Of a DNA stretch of 64,000 bases, positions 61,995-64,000 are shown piece after piece; positions within the stretch are counted from its first letter, which is position 1, and the number at the start of each line of letters is the position of its first letter. The DNA is from Raillietiella orientalis. Lineage: Eukaryota. The notes below the pieces were generated by a model. The model was not told the DNA's origin. It ran no database searches and saw nothing but the letters and a program-made list of their open reading frames with translations. The DNA lies in the NCBI GenBank assembly GCA_036172245.1, contig JAYWIR010000041.1:806001-870000 (forward strand), in the 5' to 3' direction. A program made the translations under genes and the position numbers.

Positions 61995-63800
61995 TCACCG
62001 GTTGTAGGGACTGGTGTTTGTCCCCTCGGTAACCACGTCATGACCCACTGAACTTTCTCGATGGATGGCGCTCTTCACCAGTCGGACAAGGGAGATCTGT
62101 CTGGTGGCGCGGATGGTGGGAGGCAATGGGGCGGCACGCAGGCAGTTGTGTGATGGGTGGTTTTGCTTTGTCCGCGAGCTGGTAGGCAGTCTCCATGGCA
62201 CCTTGAGTCTCTGTCGAGAGCTCGCTGGTCCCACGAAGCCGCGGGGGCTTTGCAGAGCAGAGATGATGCACACTCCGGAATTCAGTGCTGCGTTTTTCTC
62301 CGCGCTATTGATCAACATTCCAGACGACATCTTTCGTCACTTCCCCTGATAGTGCGCTGTCTCTCCGGCATCCGACACACTTCGCCCAGCAGTCCAGCCA
62401 CGCTTCCGCAGATGTTACAGCCTGCATGAGCATTTTCTGGGATCTTATTGCCTACCCTCCTTCGTTTTCTTCGCGGCAGTTAGAACGTCGATGACAGTTC
62501 GATGTGGCGAGGTTCAACTCCAGGCACTTTCCCAGTGCCGATTCCCCTCGCAGCCTCCAACAAAACGTCTGAGAGTCTGCTGCTTATGGTGAGGGCGTGC
62601 AAGAGCAATCTGCTAAAAGTTTCACCTGCCTTCGATTTTAGGTCGAAGACAACGTGAAGCACGAAAACGGAAGTAAAGAATGGTCTGTTCGATTTGGGGA
62701 ATAGCATGGGGTTTCACTGCAGACACTGTCAGTCAGGGATGGCAACACGTGGACCTGTGAACGGCTATGGGTAGTGTTTCAACGGAATCCACCATTTCTC
62801 TCAAGAGGGAACCAGCAGCTGAAGCAAGCGCCTGTGGCGGATGGTCTGTGAGCATTAAGTAGCTGAGTTTTGAGTGAACGAAAATGTCCCATTAACAAAT
62901 CAAACAGAAATGATGCTTGTCACATCTTCATCTAGCAGTCCTGCTTCAAAAGCAGTCGAAATGATGCAAAGTTGTGCTCCAATTTTTTTTTTTTTTTTAA
63001 GGATCGAGCGCCCTCCTTCCTATGTTAGCTGTAAAGCTGAGGAACCGTCTCTTAAATTCTCTAGCAAAGTGGTCAGCTCCGAAATTGATGCATCTTCTCG
63101 TGATATGAGAGACTCATGATATCTAGGACTTGAGACATTTCAAGAAAAGAAAAATGTGCTGCGCGAGATGATGAAGCACTTGGTCTAAGCGAAAACGGCC
63201 AGGAGTTGATGAGCGGAAACACTGTCGTGGTATTCGTCGAATAACGTGGCAGCAGGCATGCAGTTTCCTGAGCCTCTAACTCTCTATAACTCCGACGAGC
63301 CTATCCAGCAGCGATTCCTTGAGAGCGGGATAAAAGCTGCCCATCTGAAAACGCTGTCGTCTCGAGCGTTACATCCCCAGTCTCAAATGTGTCGAGCGCA
63401 ATAAGAACACTTGCAGTAGGCACATGTGGCCATCTTATTTTCCTCTTTGATGACGTGAAAGCACGAAATAATCGCCATTTCATGTGAAGCCTTTTGTGCT
63501 GACTGCCGTGAGAAAGCCGTGGGTTGTTGTAAGAACAACGCTCCGCTGCGTTCAGAAACCTCAGAATCAAGTTCAGCAAACCCTTTAAATCATTTGTTTG
63601 AGGAGGGAGGTGAAAAATTCCCAGGATCTAACGAAGAATAGTTTCGTCAGGATTCAGTTGATTCCTAGGGCTATTGCAGAGTGGGCGTCACGGCGATTCC
63701 CAGTGCATATTATTGATTTCTGTTGAAACCTGGAGTTTCCAGAAGACCTGTCCGGAAGACCCAACTAGAATAACAAATACACAACTTGTCTTGTCAATGC
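61995..63800 (-). mobile_element. Penelope-like RT plus GIY-YIG relic(s)
   Basis: GLPD..KSII, AFSDGQLLSRSQGIAAG, FSFLEM, PNRTDH, and NSGVCII..GFVG..RLVKSAIH, collinear. Confidence 0.45.
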
Positions 63801-64000
63801 TCACGTCATCTCAGATGCGTTGCTGGAATAGGGGTGCTTTCTTAAACGAATGATCCCTCCCCCCACCCAAAAAAACAACAACAACAACTACACATTACAT
63901 GGTCTGAGCTTCGTCTGGTAGTATTGTTGTTGCTGTGGTTGTTATTGTTCAAGAAAATGGTATGCTTCAGCTGGGGCCAATTTGAACGACTTGCAGACCC

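Noticed and set aside
63873..63950. (AAC)n followed by (GTT)n forming a possible hairpin
   Set aside because: Short, degenerate, low-complexity microsatellites.

Overview
This is eukaryotic DNA, probably arthropod (inferred from the one recognisable gene); I see no operons, rRNA, intact tRNA or CRISPR. The only host gene I can support is a minus-strand single-pass membrane protein of the arthropod FNDC4/5-like (DUF4808, Drosophila Iditarod-type) family. It has two clear 3' exons (8738-8533 and 8459-8199, split by a 73-nt intron) and a candidate ATG exon at 19245-19098. Nearly everything else is transposon-derived: many very old Penelope-like and LINE relics, one better-preserved NeSL/Utopia-like RLE retrotransposon (about 42.1-44.6 kb), a roughly 700-nt SINE-like family with a tRNA-type head (8 loci), and a TTAA-flanked piggyBac-type MITE family. 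The most striking structure is a near-perfect 1.68-kb inverted duplication (15397-17080 / 27496-29172) enclosing a 10.4-kb spacer that holds the candidate start exon. Most ORFs in the supplied track are spurious. Relic calls come from motif matching by eye across frameshifts, so their boundaries are approximate. I cannot demonstrate a new biological system from sequence alone.
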